Positions 49,203-57,983 of a stretch of DNA of 64,000 nucleotides are shown piece by piece; the first letter of the stretch is position 1; each line of letters begins with the position of its first letter. Location: contig JBQCFW010000114.1 of NCBI GenBank assembly GCA_051958655.1, positions 8,319 to 72,318 of the forward strand, given 5' to 3'. Origin of the DNA: Agriterribacter sp. (GTDB taxonomy: Bacteria; Bacteroidota; Bacteroidia; Chitinophagales; Chitinophagaceae). The notes under the pieces are model-generated. The model saw only the letters and a program-made list of their open reading frames with translations, did no database searches and was not told the DNA's origin. The position numbers and the translations under genes were made by a program.

Positions 49203-51398
49203 CTTTAACCTCAAATCCGCCAATACCATTCTTATTTCTCCGTAGGAATAATCATCGCCGAGCTTTTCTTTGATGATGGTAGAAGACGATGTTTCGCCGG
49301 CTTCTTCAATCGCCTGTTTTATTTTTTGAATTTTTTCTTCCGGTAAAAGCTCGGCAAGCGTTACTTCTCCCGTTGGAATAAAATAAGCCAGGTGTCCTTC
49401 AATGGTTGTCGGAGCCAGCTGCCGTTCTGTAGCAATGTCGCGGATGGTTTTGCCTGCCTTGTACATGTCAAGGCTCATCCTGTGAGAATCGCCTTTTTTA
49501 GCTTTTACTTTTACAGGTTCTTCTTTTATCACTATTATTTTGTGGTGCTGTTGCTGTAGCAGCAATAAATCGGCAACCCTCATTCCTTTCAGCAATCCCT
49601 CCGAAAGTGGTACAGCCTGTTCTACCTGCATTTTTTTGCGAATGAATTCCACATCCAGCTCCTGAAGTTCTGCCAGGTATTTTTTTACTTTCGATAACGG
49701 TTTAACCACTTCAATATGTTCCTTTACCAGGGCTTGCAGGTTAGCGATGGATTGTACAAAATAGCCAGATGCTGCACTCACCCGCTCATTCAGTTTTTCA
49801 TACCCAACATCTGCTGTTTCGGCTAATAATACTGAAAGTTGTTTTTGAAATTTTTCGCTCACTTCCAGTAATTCCCTGCATTGTTGCAGCAGTTTTTCAG
49901 CCCATAATATGCTATTGTTCTTATCGGGCAACTGCCGGTGTTCATACGCTTCAAAGTGTTGCTCCACCCGGTCGAACAATTTTGCAAAACTGAAAGTTTG
50001 CGACAGTGACGTCGTTAGGAAAATCCGCTGGTCCTCTTCCAGCTGTGTGTCTAATTCAGTTTCATCCGCTTCGGTTGCTGCAAAACCAATCACTCTCGGG
50101 TCGGTATGAATGCTTTCGGGGTAAATGCGCGAGTATAAGATCAGTCCATTCAGCGATGTAAGCCTGCTCAATGCCACATATACCTGCCCTGCAGCAAACG
50201 AAGCGCCTGCATCGATGATCGCTTTTTCAAAAGTCAATCCCTGGCTTTTGTGGATAGTGATTGCCCAGGCAAGCTTTATTGGATATTGAGTAAACGATCC
50301 CAGTTCTTCTTCCTCAATGCTGTCTTTTTCATTATCGTACCGGTAACGAATGTTTCTCCATGTTTCCTTTTCCAGCAACAATTCTTCCTCTCCGGGAAAA
50401 TCAATGTATATTTTATCCTTGTCAATTCTGCGTACTGTACCAATCTTTCCGTTGTAATATCTTCTTACCTCTCCCTTATCGTTTTTTACAAACATAATTT
50501 GTGCACCCGGTTTAAGCTGCAGGTTCATGTCGGCAGGTACAGCCCTCTCGTTAAAATCGCCATTGATCTCTCCTTTAAACTCATACATTTTGCCCGCCAG
50601 CTTGCTCAACTCCTGCCTGTTAATGGCATCGGCTCTTGCATTGTGTGTGGTAAGCGTAATATAATTCTCATCCTTTACCGGTTCAAAACCAGGTTTGTAA
50701 TAGCGGTGCAACGTTGCAAGATCGGCTTCTGTTGCCAGGTTGTTGCGGATATTGTTGAGTATATTGATGAACTCAGCTTCGTTTTGGCGATAGATCTTTT
50801 TAAGCTCCAGGTATACCGGTGGCGACTGTCGCACCGCCAGGGCATCGAAAAAGAAAGGGCTTGCATATACTGCCTGTAAAATTTCCCATTCCTCTGTGCC
50901 AACCACCGGCGGCAATTGAAACAGATCGCCGATGTACAACATTTGTACGCCACCAAAAGGAACCAGCAGTTGTTTGCGGAAATGCCGCAATATCGTATCA
51001 ATTGCATCCAGCATGTCTGCACGCAGCATGCTCACCTCATCTATAATCAACAGCTCCAACTCCTGCAGCAACTGCCGTTTGTCTTTATTAAAACGAAGAT
51101 TACGAAACAAACCGTGCTCGTTGGTGGCAACGCCGCCGGGCTGTGTTTGCCGTGTAGGCAAAAAGGGACCAAAGGGCAACTGGAAGAAGGAGTGCATGGT
51201 AGTGCCTCCGGCGTTAATGGCGGCTACCCCGGTGGGCGCTACAATTGCCATTTTTTTAGTGCAATGTTCTTTCAGGTAACGTAAAAAGGTGGTTTTACCG
51301 GTGCCCGCTTTGCCTGTTAAAAAAATGTGGCGGTTGGTATTGCATACAAATTGTAATGCCCGTTGAAAATACAGGTTCGATGTATCGTAGTTGTTCAT
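49197..51398 (-). CDS. Pif1/RecD-like SF1B helicase with C-terminal HTH
   Basis: GKAGTGKTT, APTGVAA, IIDEVSM, GDLFQLPPV, AWAITIHKSQGLT, YVALSR; C-terminal IATERQLAPTTIEGHL. Confidence 0.92.
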   Translation of the reverse strand: MNNYDTSNLYFQRALQFVCNTNRHIFLTGKAGTGKTTFLRYLKEHCTKKMAIVAPTGVAAINAGGTTMHSFFQLPFGPFLPTRQTQPGGVATNEHGLFRNLRFNKDKRQLLQELELLIIDEVSMLRADMLDAIDTILRHFRKQLLVPFGGVQMLYIGDLFQLPPVVGTEEWEILQAVYASPFFFDALAVRQSPPVYLELKKIYRQNEAEFINILNNIRNNLATEADLATLHRYYKPGFEPVKDENYITLTTHNARADAINRQELSKLAGKMYEFKGEINGDFNERAVPADMNLQLKPGAQIMFVKNDKGEVRRYYNGKIGTVRRIDKDKIYIDFPGEEELLLEKETWRNIRYRYDNEKDSIEEEELGSFTQYPIKLAWAITIHKSQGLTFEKAIIDAGASFAAGQVYVALSRLTSLNGLILYSRIYPESIHTDPRVIGFAATEADETELDTQLEEDQRIFLTTSLSQTFSFAKLFDRVEQHFEAYEHRQLPDKNNSILWAEKLLQQCRELLEVSEKFQKQLSVLLAETADVGYEKLNERVSAASGYFVQSIANLQALVKEHIEVVKPLSKVKKYLAELQELDVEFIRKKMQVEQAVPLSEGLLKGMRVADLLLLQQQHHKIIVIKEEPVKVKAKKGDSHRMSLDMYKAGKTIRDIATERQLAPTTIEGHLAYFIPTGEVTLAELLPEEKIQKIKQAIEEAGETSSSTIIKEKLGDDYSYGEIRMVLADLRLKL

Positions 51399-51599
51399 GT
51401 GTTTCACAAGTATAAGCCAACAAACTAAATATTGCTCAATAAATAAACCGGTTAGTACTGTAAGTTAAAAGAAACAATGGAATAGCAAAGCAGTTGCCGA
51501 ATGTTTTGTAGTAAATTATCTACATCATTGCTGTAATATTTTTTACGAATTAATAATATAATTGACTATGTTTTTAAAGCGATAAAGCCTTTTACTTTG

Positions 51600-51735
51600 T
51601 AGTAACAAATCCAATACCCCTCGATCCTTTTTCCTGTTTACCTCTGACAACACAACCTCTCTAACCAGTTTTACTTATTGAAAGATTATTGCTAAATAAT
51701 TCTAATACGACCCGAAACCAACTGTGCTTTACCTC
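51600..51735 (+). ncRNA. Candidate small RNA/leader element, copy B
   Basis: TTACTTTG, then AATCCAATA...CGATCC and AACTGTGCTTTACC; homologous to 23500-23670; no ORF. Confidence 0.4.
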
Positions 51736-52151
51736 GGAGCCCAAACACCGGGAAATAGAAGCTATCCTGTGAGATTCCTGATTCTCATTTGTTCAGATTT
51801 CTGTTTTCTGGTGTTTTTTTTAGTGGTGAGCCGTCAGCTATCAGCGGTTAGCTATGTTTGAAATTTATTGTTGATCGTTTGTAGTTCCAACGATAAACAT
51901 CAAATAAAAAACGCTAAACATCTCCATTCCAATCTTGTATACTGGCTTCTGCTTCTTCCGTCATTTCAACGAAGGAGAAAATGCCTTGTGCTTTTTTGCT
52001 TCTTATTTTTTGTTTCTTGGCTTTTTGTTTCATTAAATTGGAATTGTTTTTGGTATACATGCAAAGTATGACTCTGTTACAGGCTTTTTTGTTGTGGAGT
52101 CAATGCAATGTTGTGCCTTGCATAAGGCTATTGTTTACTTTAAGCACCACT

Positions 52152-52415
52152 ATGTATAAAGTTCAATTATTTGAAGGCGGTATGCTGGATACATTACAGC
52201 GAAGCGTGAATGAATGGATGGCTGAACGCAGAGATATAACAATATTCAAAGCTGCATTGAACACGGTTGCAGAAAATTATCATACTTTTTTTATATTGTA
52301 CACCACTGCCAATGCGCAGGAAGAGGAGTTGAAGGAGCTTGCCGCAGAAGTGCAGCCCGAGCAATCGGTGGAGGCTACCGTTATAAACCCTGAAGTGTTG
52401 AAAGCAACCAGCTAG
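52152..52415 (+). CDS. Small acidic hypothetical protein
   Basis: MYKVQLFEGGMLDTLQRSVNEWM...; start at ATG 52152 with an A-rich upstream context. Confidence 0.6.
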   Translation: MYKVQLFEGGMLDTLQRSVNEWMAERRDITIFKAALNTVAENYHTFFILYTTANAQEEELKELAAEVQPEQSVEATVINPEVLKATS

Positions 52416-52425
52416 ATTGTGTACA

Positions 52426-53055
52426 ATGATGAATATACTTCCATTTGACGGAGAAGCTTTTTTATACAAAAATATTTTTCCTGCTAACGAGAGCGACAGC
52501 TATTCTACGTTGCTTGCAGCCAACATTGCATGGAAGCAAGAAGCAATTGTACTATTTGGCAAAAAAGTAATGCAGCCAAGACTTACTGCTTTGTCTGGAG
52601 ATGCTGGCAAAGCCTACCGGTATTCGGGCATTACCATGCATCCTTTACCATGGAACGGGGAACTGATGGAAATTAAAACCAGGGTGGAAGAATTGTGCGG
52701 GCATCAATTTTCTACCGCATTGCTGAATTATTACAGGAATGGACAAGATAGCATGGGATGGCACCGTGATAATGAAAAGGAATTGGGCATGAACCCTGTA
52801 ATTGCTTCTGTAAGTTTTGGTGCTGAAAGAATATTCCAGTTCCGCCACTACAAGGAAAAAAGCAATGTTCAATCTGTGCTGCTCACGCATGGAAGCCTAT
52901 TGCTGATGCAGGGAGCCACGCAACATTGCTGGTATCACCAATTACCCAAAACAAAAGTGAGCATGGGAGAGCGGATCAACATTACTTTCCGGCAGATACA
53001 GGGCGAGACAGGCTCCGCCAAAGATAAAATACAAGATAGCTTTCCCACCCGCTGA
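52426..53055 (+). CDS. alkB: AlkB-like (ALKBH2/3-type) 2OG-Fe(II) dioxygenase
   Basis: QPRLTA, LLNYYRNGQDSMGWHRDNE (HxD), WYHQLPK, RINITFR. Confidence 0.9.
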   Translation: MMNILPFDGEAFLYKNIFPANESDSYSTLLAANIAWKQEAIVLFGKKVMQPRLTALSGDAGKAYRYSGITMHPLPWNGELMEIKTRVEELCGHQFSTALLNYYRNGQDSMGWHRDNEKELGMNPVIASVSFGAERIFQFRHYKEKSNVQSVLLTHGSLLLMQGATQHCWYHQLPKTKVSMGERINITFRQIQGETGSAKDKIQDSFPTR

Positions 53056-53896
53056 ATTGTTTGAACAGTTTTTCGATCTTGCCTGCTTCTGCTCTGCTTT
53101 GTATGAGGTTGAGGGCTGTTAAGGCATTCAGCAGTCCTATATCACCCACAGGAATAGCGTTCGCATCCCTCATCGTTTTCATCAGCACATAATTAGCGGT
53201 CCATGTGCCAATGCCTTTAAATTGTGTTAATGCCAGTTGTCGGCTTTTAAAATCGGGCAGTGCCGAAAGTTTTTCCTTGCTTATTTCCCCGTTTACAAAG
53301 GCTTTTGCCGTGCCTATAATGTAATTGGCTTTGCTGCTCGAAAACTGCATTTTTTTCAATGCTTCCGGATCAAGTTGCGCCAACGCCTGGGGCTCGGGAA
53401 AAATATACAAAGGTTCGTTGTTGAAATGAAGTGTGGTACCATAGGCTTCGGTTAGCCGTCGTTTAAGTGTATAGGCAAATTTCAGGTTGATCTGTTGCCC
53501 CGTAATGCTCCATATCAGCGCTTCAAACAAATCGGGAATACCTACGGCGCGCAATCCCCAAAAGTCGTTTTGCATATGTGCCAGGCGTTTGTTTTTTCCA
53601 AGCAACCGGTAAAAAGGAGCGAGGTCTCTTTGCAGGTCGAACCAGTCTGTTATATACACTCCAACATCGTTCATCACTTCTTTACTCAAAGCATTGCCGT
53701 ACGCTGTAGCTTCAATATGATTGTTGTTGGTGCTTACAGAAATAACAAGGTTTTGATTATGGATGCGAACAGCTTTAATAACACTTTCAGCTTGCAGGCG
53801 GTGCATACAATCATCATAATTCCGGTTAAGGAACCACAAACACTCTTTAAAACTGAATAACGGTGGAAGGGGAAGGGTAAGCGTAACAGAATTCAT
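52982..53896 (-). CDS. alkA: DNA-3-methyladenine glycosylase II
   Basis: AlkA_N-like start; ITGQQINL, HhH-GPD KGIGTWTANY...PVGDIG. Confidence 0.88.
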   Translation of the reverse strand: MNSVTLTLPLPPLFSFKECLWFLNRNYDDCMHRLQAESVIKAVRIHNQNLVISVSTNNNHIEATAYGNALSKEVMNDVGVYITDWFDLQRDLAPFYRLLGKNKRLAHMQNDFWGLRAVGIPDLFEALIWSITGQQINLKFAYTLKRRLTEAYGTTLHFNNEPLYIFPEPQALAQLDPEALKKMQFSSSKANYIIGTAKAFVNGEISKEKLSALPDFKSRQLALTQFKGIGTWTANYVLMKTMRDANAIPVGDIGLLNALTALNLIQSRAEAGKIEKLFKQFSGWESYLVFYLWRSLSRPVSAGK

Positions 53897-53950
53897 CGGG
53901 CAAAATTACCATACTTCTCGGATGGATTGAAATCCATCCTTACATATGTG

Positions 53951-54040
53951 ACCGAGCCTACGGTTCTGCCTCGTCACAAAGAGCCAGAGCCGTAGGCTCG
54001 ATTTAATATGGCCGCCTGGGATTTTAATCCCAGCTTAAAG
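53951..54040. repeat. About 90-bp REP-doublet-like element, family 2
   Basis: CGAGCCTACGGTTCTG...CAGAGCCGTAGGCTCG, then GCCTGGGATTTTAATCCCAGCTTAAAG; second copy at 57798-57886. Confidence 0.85.
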
Positions 54041-54041
54041 G

Positions 54042-54473
54042 CTAAGGCGCTTCTATACTAATGCCTTCATGCACCAGTTCCATGGTTTCTATAGCCACTT
54101 CGTTGGCATCCGCTTTTAGGTCGGAAGATTGCAGCTTGCAGGGCCATGCATTTTTTATTTTCCATACCCGTACCGGTTCGTGCGCTTCGTTCAGCAGTTT
54201 TATCAAAACGTCCCTGCGCTCTACCTGGTTAAGCGATATGGAGTTGAACCAGTTGAAAAAATCGTTATCGCTTTTTGTTACACCCCGCTTTAATATGATG
54301 TTGGTAAATTTTCGAAGTCCCGGCATTTTGATGGCTGAAGATTCGGGGGCGCTTCCTTCGCGGTACTCCACCACCTGGTGTTCCATGCCAAGCCCGGATA
54401 CCTCGGTGAAACCAATATTGTTGCCTCCCCATTCCACAATAAAATGACTAACAGGCAAAGGATACTTTCCCAT
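54042..54473 (-). CDS. Phage-tail tube protein, T4 gp19/Afp1-Afp5 (contractile injection system) family, orphan
   Basis: YPLPVSHFIVEW, FTEVSGL, EYREG, KMPGLRKFTNIILKRG, NAWPCK, EVAIETMELVHEG; start MGKYP at 54473. Confidence 0.92.
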   Translation of the reverse strand: MGKYPLPVSHFIVEWGGNNIGFTEVSGLGMEHQVVEYREGSAPESSAIKMPGLRKFTNIILKRGVTKSDNDFFNWFNSISLNQVERRDVLIKLLNEAHEPVRVWKIKNAWPCKLQSSDLKADANEVAIETMELVHEGISIEAP

Positions 54474-54570
54474 AATAAAAGCAGTTAAATGTTTAAAATA
54501 AACCCGGATTTTCGGCGTCATGTCACTGGTAAGATAAAAAACGTTTGGCGGTTTTGGAAGAGGTATTTAG

Positions 54571-54612
54571 GATTTATGATTTATGATTTATGATTTGTGA
54601 TTTTTGATTTGA
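54571..54612. repeat. Heptamer tandem array (GATTTAT/GATTTGA)
   Basis: Six degenerate 7-mers. Confidence 0.8.
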
Positions 54613-54737
54613 GATCGAGAGATGTCTGCCCGTTCACTTCTGCCTGCTTTTCTTTTATCTTTCACTTTTCACTTCTGATAGCTGCCCGCTGCCCGAAATG
54701 CCAGGCACAGTAACATGTGATTGCACGGGAGGTTTGT

Positions 54738-55022
54738 TTAAGAATGTTTTTTTTCTGAGTGCCCAAGGTCTTTGGCAGGGTTTACAATATCGCGCACCAG
54801 TTGTTTGAGTTCTTTTATTTCGGGGAAGCGACCTTCTGTTTTCCGGTCGAAGATCATTTTGTCATCTATATATACAGTGTAACGCCCGGTTGTTTCCGAA
54901 GGAAGCAGTGTTACACCCTTTATATCTTCAGCAAAAGTAGTAAGCAGCTCCTGCGCCATATAGGCAGCGCGAAGCATCCAGCCACATTTGGGACAATATT
55001 CAATTTGTATCGTTTTTTTCAT
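54738..55022 (-). CDS. SelT/SelW/SelH (Rdx) family protein, Cys form
   Basis: IEYCPKCGWMLRAAYMAQELL, GRFPEIKELKQLVRD. Confidence 0.9.
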   Translation of the reverse strand: MKKTIQIEYCPKCGWMLRAAYMAQELLTTFAEDIKGVTLLPSETTGRYTVYIDDKMIFDRKTEGRFPEIKELKQLVRDIVNPAKDLGHSEKKHS

Positions 55023-55178
55023 GTAAAATATTTTTGGTGATGGGTTATCAGCAGAGGTAAGATGAAAAGTCAAAAGTTAAAAATGAAAGGTTGATGCCGG
55101 GGTTTTAATTTTTAAATATGTTGTTTCTAGTACTTCTTGTCCGAAAGCTGACGGCTGAAAGCTGATAGCTTATGCGTT

Positions 55179-55583
55179 TCATTCCCGGCGCTTTTTATTT
55201 TTTCTTCCCGGGTTTGCCATAATCTCGTCTACTGTTTTAAGCGGACCATCGTCGGTCTTTTTCTTGATAAATATAGTGCGGTAAATAACCTGCGAAGGAT
55301 TTTGCCTGTTTTTTACAGTGATATTTATTTTTTCTTCTTTGGTTTCGAACGGCAGCCACAAACTGTTTCCCGAAAATTTTCCGTAGGAGCTGGCAAAGAC
55401 CAATTGAGAACTGTCGAGCGGGCGGATCTTTCCGTCAGACAATTTTCCCTCTACGTTGATATAATTATAGGTACCTTTTTTCAGGCTGTCCGTATACAGG
55501 TTAAAGTAAATGCTGTCTACCTTTTGTGCAAAAAGTATAGCCGGAAATGATATTACTACCAGGATGAGTATCGTTTTTTTCAA
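55179..55583 (-). CDS. Exported hypothetical protein
   Basis: Signal peptide; FNLYTDSLKKGTYNYINVEGK. Confidence 0.7.
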   Translation of the reverse strand: MKKTILILVVISFPAILFAQKVDSIYFNLYTDSLKKGTYNYINVEGKLSDGKIRPLDSSQLVFASSYGKFSGNSLWLPFETKEEKINITVKNRQNPSQVIYRTIFIKKKTDDGPLKTVDEIMANPGRKNKKRRE

Positions 55584-55805
55584 GCGCGTATATTTAGTAA
55601 ACCTAAGACGGCGGCTCCGCTATAAAATTACATGCAAAGCCGGCAAATAAACAAATGTTTACTTTTTTGTAACAATTGCGCCAGAAAACCTGCAGTTGTC
55701 GTAAAATGCCCCCTTATTGTCGTTACCGCACACGGTTTGTTTAAAAAACAAGTCGGATGTTTGTGTAACAAAACCAATCAATAAAACCTAACAAAACTTA
55801 TTACG

Positions 55806-56231
55806 ATGGCAACGCAAGAAAAAACCGTAATTACAATTGAAAACACAGTAAATGCCCCGGTTGAAAAAGTATGGAAATACTGGAACGAGCCCGACCATAT
55901 TACAAAATGGAACAGCGCTTCTCCCGACTGGCATACACCCTGGGCAAAAAACGATCTGAGAGTGGGCGGAAGTTTGGCGGCTCGGATGGAAGCGCGCGAC
56001 GGAAGTTTTGGTTTTGATTTTGGAAGCGTATACGATGAAGTGAAGCCCAATGAATACATTGAATATACGCTCGGTGATGGACGGAAAGTAAAGATCAGTT
56101 TTACATCGTCGGGTAATACCACTCACATTGTAGAAAGCTTCGACGCCGAAACAGAGAACAGCGAAGAAATGCAGCGTATGGGCTGGCAGGCTATTCTCGA
56201 CAGCTTTAAAACATACACAGAAACGAACTGA
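55806..56231 (+). CDS. SRPBCC/AHSA1 family protein
   Basis: APVEKVWKYWNEP, DLRVGG, GWQAILDSFK. Confidence 0.9.
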   Translation: MATQEKTVITIENTVNAPVEKVWKYWNEPDHITKWNSASPDWHTPWAKNDLRVGGSLAARMEARDGSFGFDFGSVYDEVKPNEYIEYTLGDGRKVKISFTSSGNTTHIVESFDAETENSEEMQRMGWQAILDSFKTYTETN

Positions 56232-56273
56232 TATTGTTGAAATGTATTTGCCTGGGCGCCGGTTTGTTTTATA

Positions 56274-56306
56274 AAGGTTTCCAACTTTTTAAAAGTTGGA
56301 AACCTT
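56274..56306. repeat. REP-like palindrome, family 1
   Basis: AAGGTTTCCAACTTT-tta-AAAGTTGGAAACCTT; overlaps the end of the 56289 gene. Confidence 0.85.
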
Positions 56307-57659
56307 GCCTCTCCATTTTTCAATCGCATTGCTGATGGCGCTTATAATCCAGTCGCAATCGTTTTTTGTAATCACCAGCGAAGGGCGCATGGTAAGAATG
56401 TTGCCTTCAATTACTTTCAATGCCACGCCCTGTTGCAAACAGTGATACATAATAGCCTCCGCAGCACTATCCGCTCTTTCTTTACTAACCGGATCTTTCA
56501 CCAGGTCGATGCCCAGGTGAAAGCCACGCCCCGCAATATTGCCAATAATGGGGTATTGCTGTTGCAATTGTTGCAACTGTTCCATAAGGTAGGCGCCCAG
56601 TTTTTCAGCATTTTGAACGAGTTGATTTTTTTCGATGTAGTTGATTGCTGCCAGCCCCGCTGCAGAGGAAAGCGGGTTTTTTTCGTGCGTAAAATGCCCG
56701 ATGGAGCGGTGCTGTAAAACATTGTACTTTTCTCGGGTAACAATGCCAGCCAGCGGCACCACGCCGCCGCCTAAAGATTTGCCCAGCACCAACACATCGG
56801 GTGTAACAAAATGTTCGCTGGCAAACCATTTGCCCGTTCTTCCAAATCCTTCAATAATCTCGTCGAATATGAGCACGATGCCGTAATCATCGCAAATGTT
56901 GCGCACCTGCTGCCAGTAATATTCCGAAGGCACAACCGGCGTTGCGGAAATAGGTTCGGCTATCAGCGCGGCAACGTCCGGGTTTCGTTTAAGGATGTTC
57001 GTTATCTGCCGGATATATTCATCGTCAATCTGTTTTTGATCGGTAAAGCCCCAGGGGTTGCGGTAATAATTGGGAAATTCAACATGGAAGGCGCCGGGCA
57101 CCATGGGGCCCTGCCCGTTGGTAAAATGTTCTTCGCCACCTACAGCAGAAGCCTGGAAGCCATTGCCATGATACGAGTCCCAATATGAAATGGTTTTCCA
57201 CCTGCCGGTAACCTGCTTTGCCAATGCAATTGCCATTTCAATTGCCTCCGATCCGCCGGGGCAAAGCAATACCCGGTCCAGGCCTTCCGGCGTTATTGCC
57301 ACCAGTTTCTTAGCCAGCTGCACTGCCGGTATATTTGTATACCGGCGTGGCGTAAACGCTAAATGCTCCTGTAACTGTTTTATTACAGCGGCAATTACTT
57401 CCGGGTTAGAAAAACCTGCGTTGTGCACGCCATTTCCATGCAGGTCGAGGTACTTTTTGCCATTCAGATCATATATATAAGCACCTTCCGTTTTACTCAG
57501 CACATTCATTACAGGAGTAGAAAGTGCCTGGTGCAGAAAATATTTTGCATCTTCTTTTATCCAGTACTGTGTATCGTCGTCGAGCGACTGGTTGTATAGC
57601 TTTCTTAATTCGCTGCTGTTGTTGTCGCCTTGCTCGGTTGAAATTTTCAGGGATTGCAT
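56289..57659 (-). CDS. pbfA: Class III PLP enzyme, PbfA-like (R)-1-hydroxy-2-aminoethylphosphonate ammonia-lyase homologue
   Basis: QGDNN, FLHQALSTP, DLHGNGVH, TPRRYTN, WDSYHG, VGGEEHF..GQGP, FDEI, GKSLGGG (Schiff-base Lys); subfamily call from recalled motifs. Confidence 0.7.
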   Translation of the reverse strand: MQSLKISTEQGDNNSSELRKLYNQSLDDDTQYWIKEDAKYFLHQALSTPVMNVLSKTEGAYIYDLNGKKYLDLHGNGVHNAGFSNPEVIAAVIKQLQEHLAFTPRRYTNIPAVQLAKKLVAITPEGLDRVLLCPGGSEAIEMAIALAKQVTGRWKTISYWDSYHGNGFQASAVGGEEHFTNGQGPMVPGAFHVEFPNYYRNPWGFTDQKQIDDEYIRQITNILKRNPDVAALIAEPISATPVVPSEYYWQQVRNICDDYGIVLIFDEIIEGFGRTGKWFASEHFVTPDVLVLGKSLGGGVVPLAGIVTREKYNVLQHRSIGHFTHEKNPLSSAAGLAAINYIEKNQLVQNAEKLGAYLMEQLQQLQQQYPIIGNIAGRGFHLGIDLVKDPVSKERADSAAEAIMYHCLQQGVALKVIEGNILTMRPSLVITKNDCDWIISAISNAIEKWRGKVSNF

Positions 57660-57797
57660 GGGATGTGTAATTTGGTTGATTGGAGTAGGAAGTTAAGTAA
57701 GATAATTGGTGAATAAGCCAAATAGTTAATTGAGTAAGGCAAGTAAGATTTGTTGGCTTGGTGCGGGATGGATTAAAATCCATCTTTACAATGTTCG

Positions 57798-57886
57798 ACC
57801 GGGCCTGCGGCTCTTGCTGTTTACAAGGAGGCAGAGCCGTAGGCTCGATGAATACAGTTGCCTGGTCTTTTAATCTCAGGTTAAAG
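57798..57886. repeat. About 90-bp REP-doublet-like element, family 2, second copy
   Basis: ACCGGGCCTGCGGCTCT...CAGAGCCGTAGGCTCGAT...GCCTGGTCTTTTAATCTCAGGTTAAAG. Confidence 0.8.
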
Positions 57887-57926
57887 GGGAAGCCTTGAAA
57901 CCCAAAACCCAAAACTCTAAATCTCC

Positions 57927-57982
57927 AACTCCCAACTCCCAACTCCCAACTCCCAACTCCCAAACCCCAAACCCCAAACCTC
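57927..57982. repeat. Heptamer tandem array (AACTCCC)5(AAACCCC)2
   Basis: Directly visible 7-bp periodicity. Confidence 0.9.
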
Positions 57983-57983
57983 T

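Noticed and set aside
51868-52151. ORFs 51868..52071 and the N-terminal extension 51981..52151
   Set aside because: Compositionally intergenic; the plausible gene starts at ATG 52152.
54042-54473. Prophage suggested by the tail tube gene
   Set aside because: No integrase, terminase, capsid or other phage genes; the tube is of the eCIS type and flanked by host genes.
54738-55022. Selenoprotein or UGA recoding in the SelW-like gene
   Set aside because: The motif is CPKC with both Cys encoded by TGT; there is no in-frame TGA.
57493-57963. 156-aa ORF MGVGSWELGVGSW
   Set aside because: Translation of heptamer and REP repeats, and it overlaps the PbfA-like gene.
57895-57983. CRISPR array
   Set aside because: 7-bp tandem units without spacers; no cas genes; no regularly spaced 23-47 bp repeats anywhere in the window.
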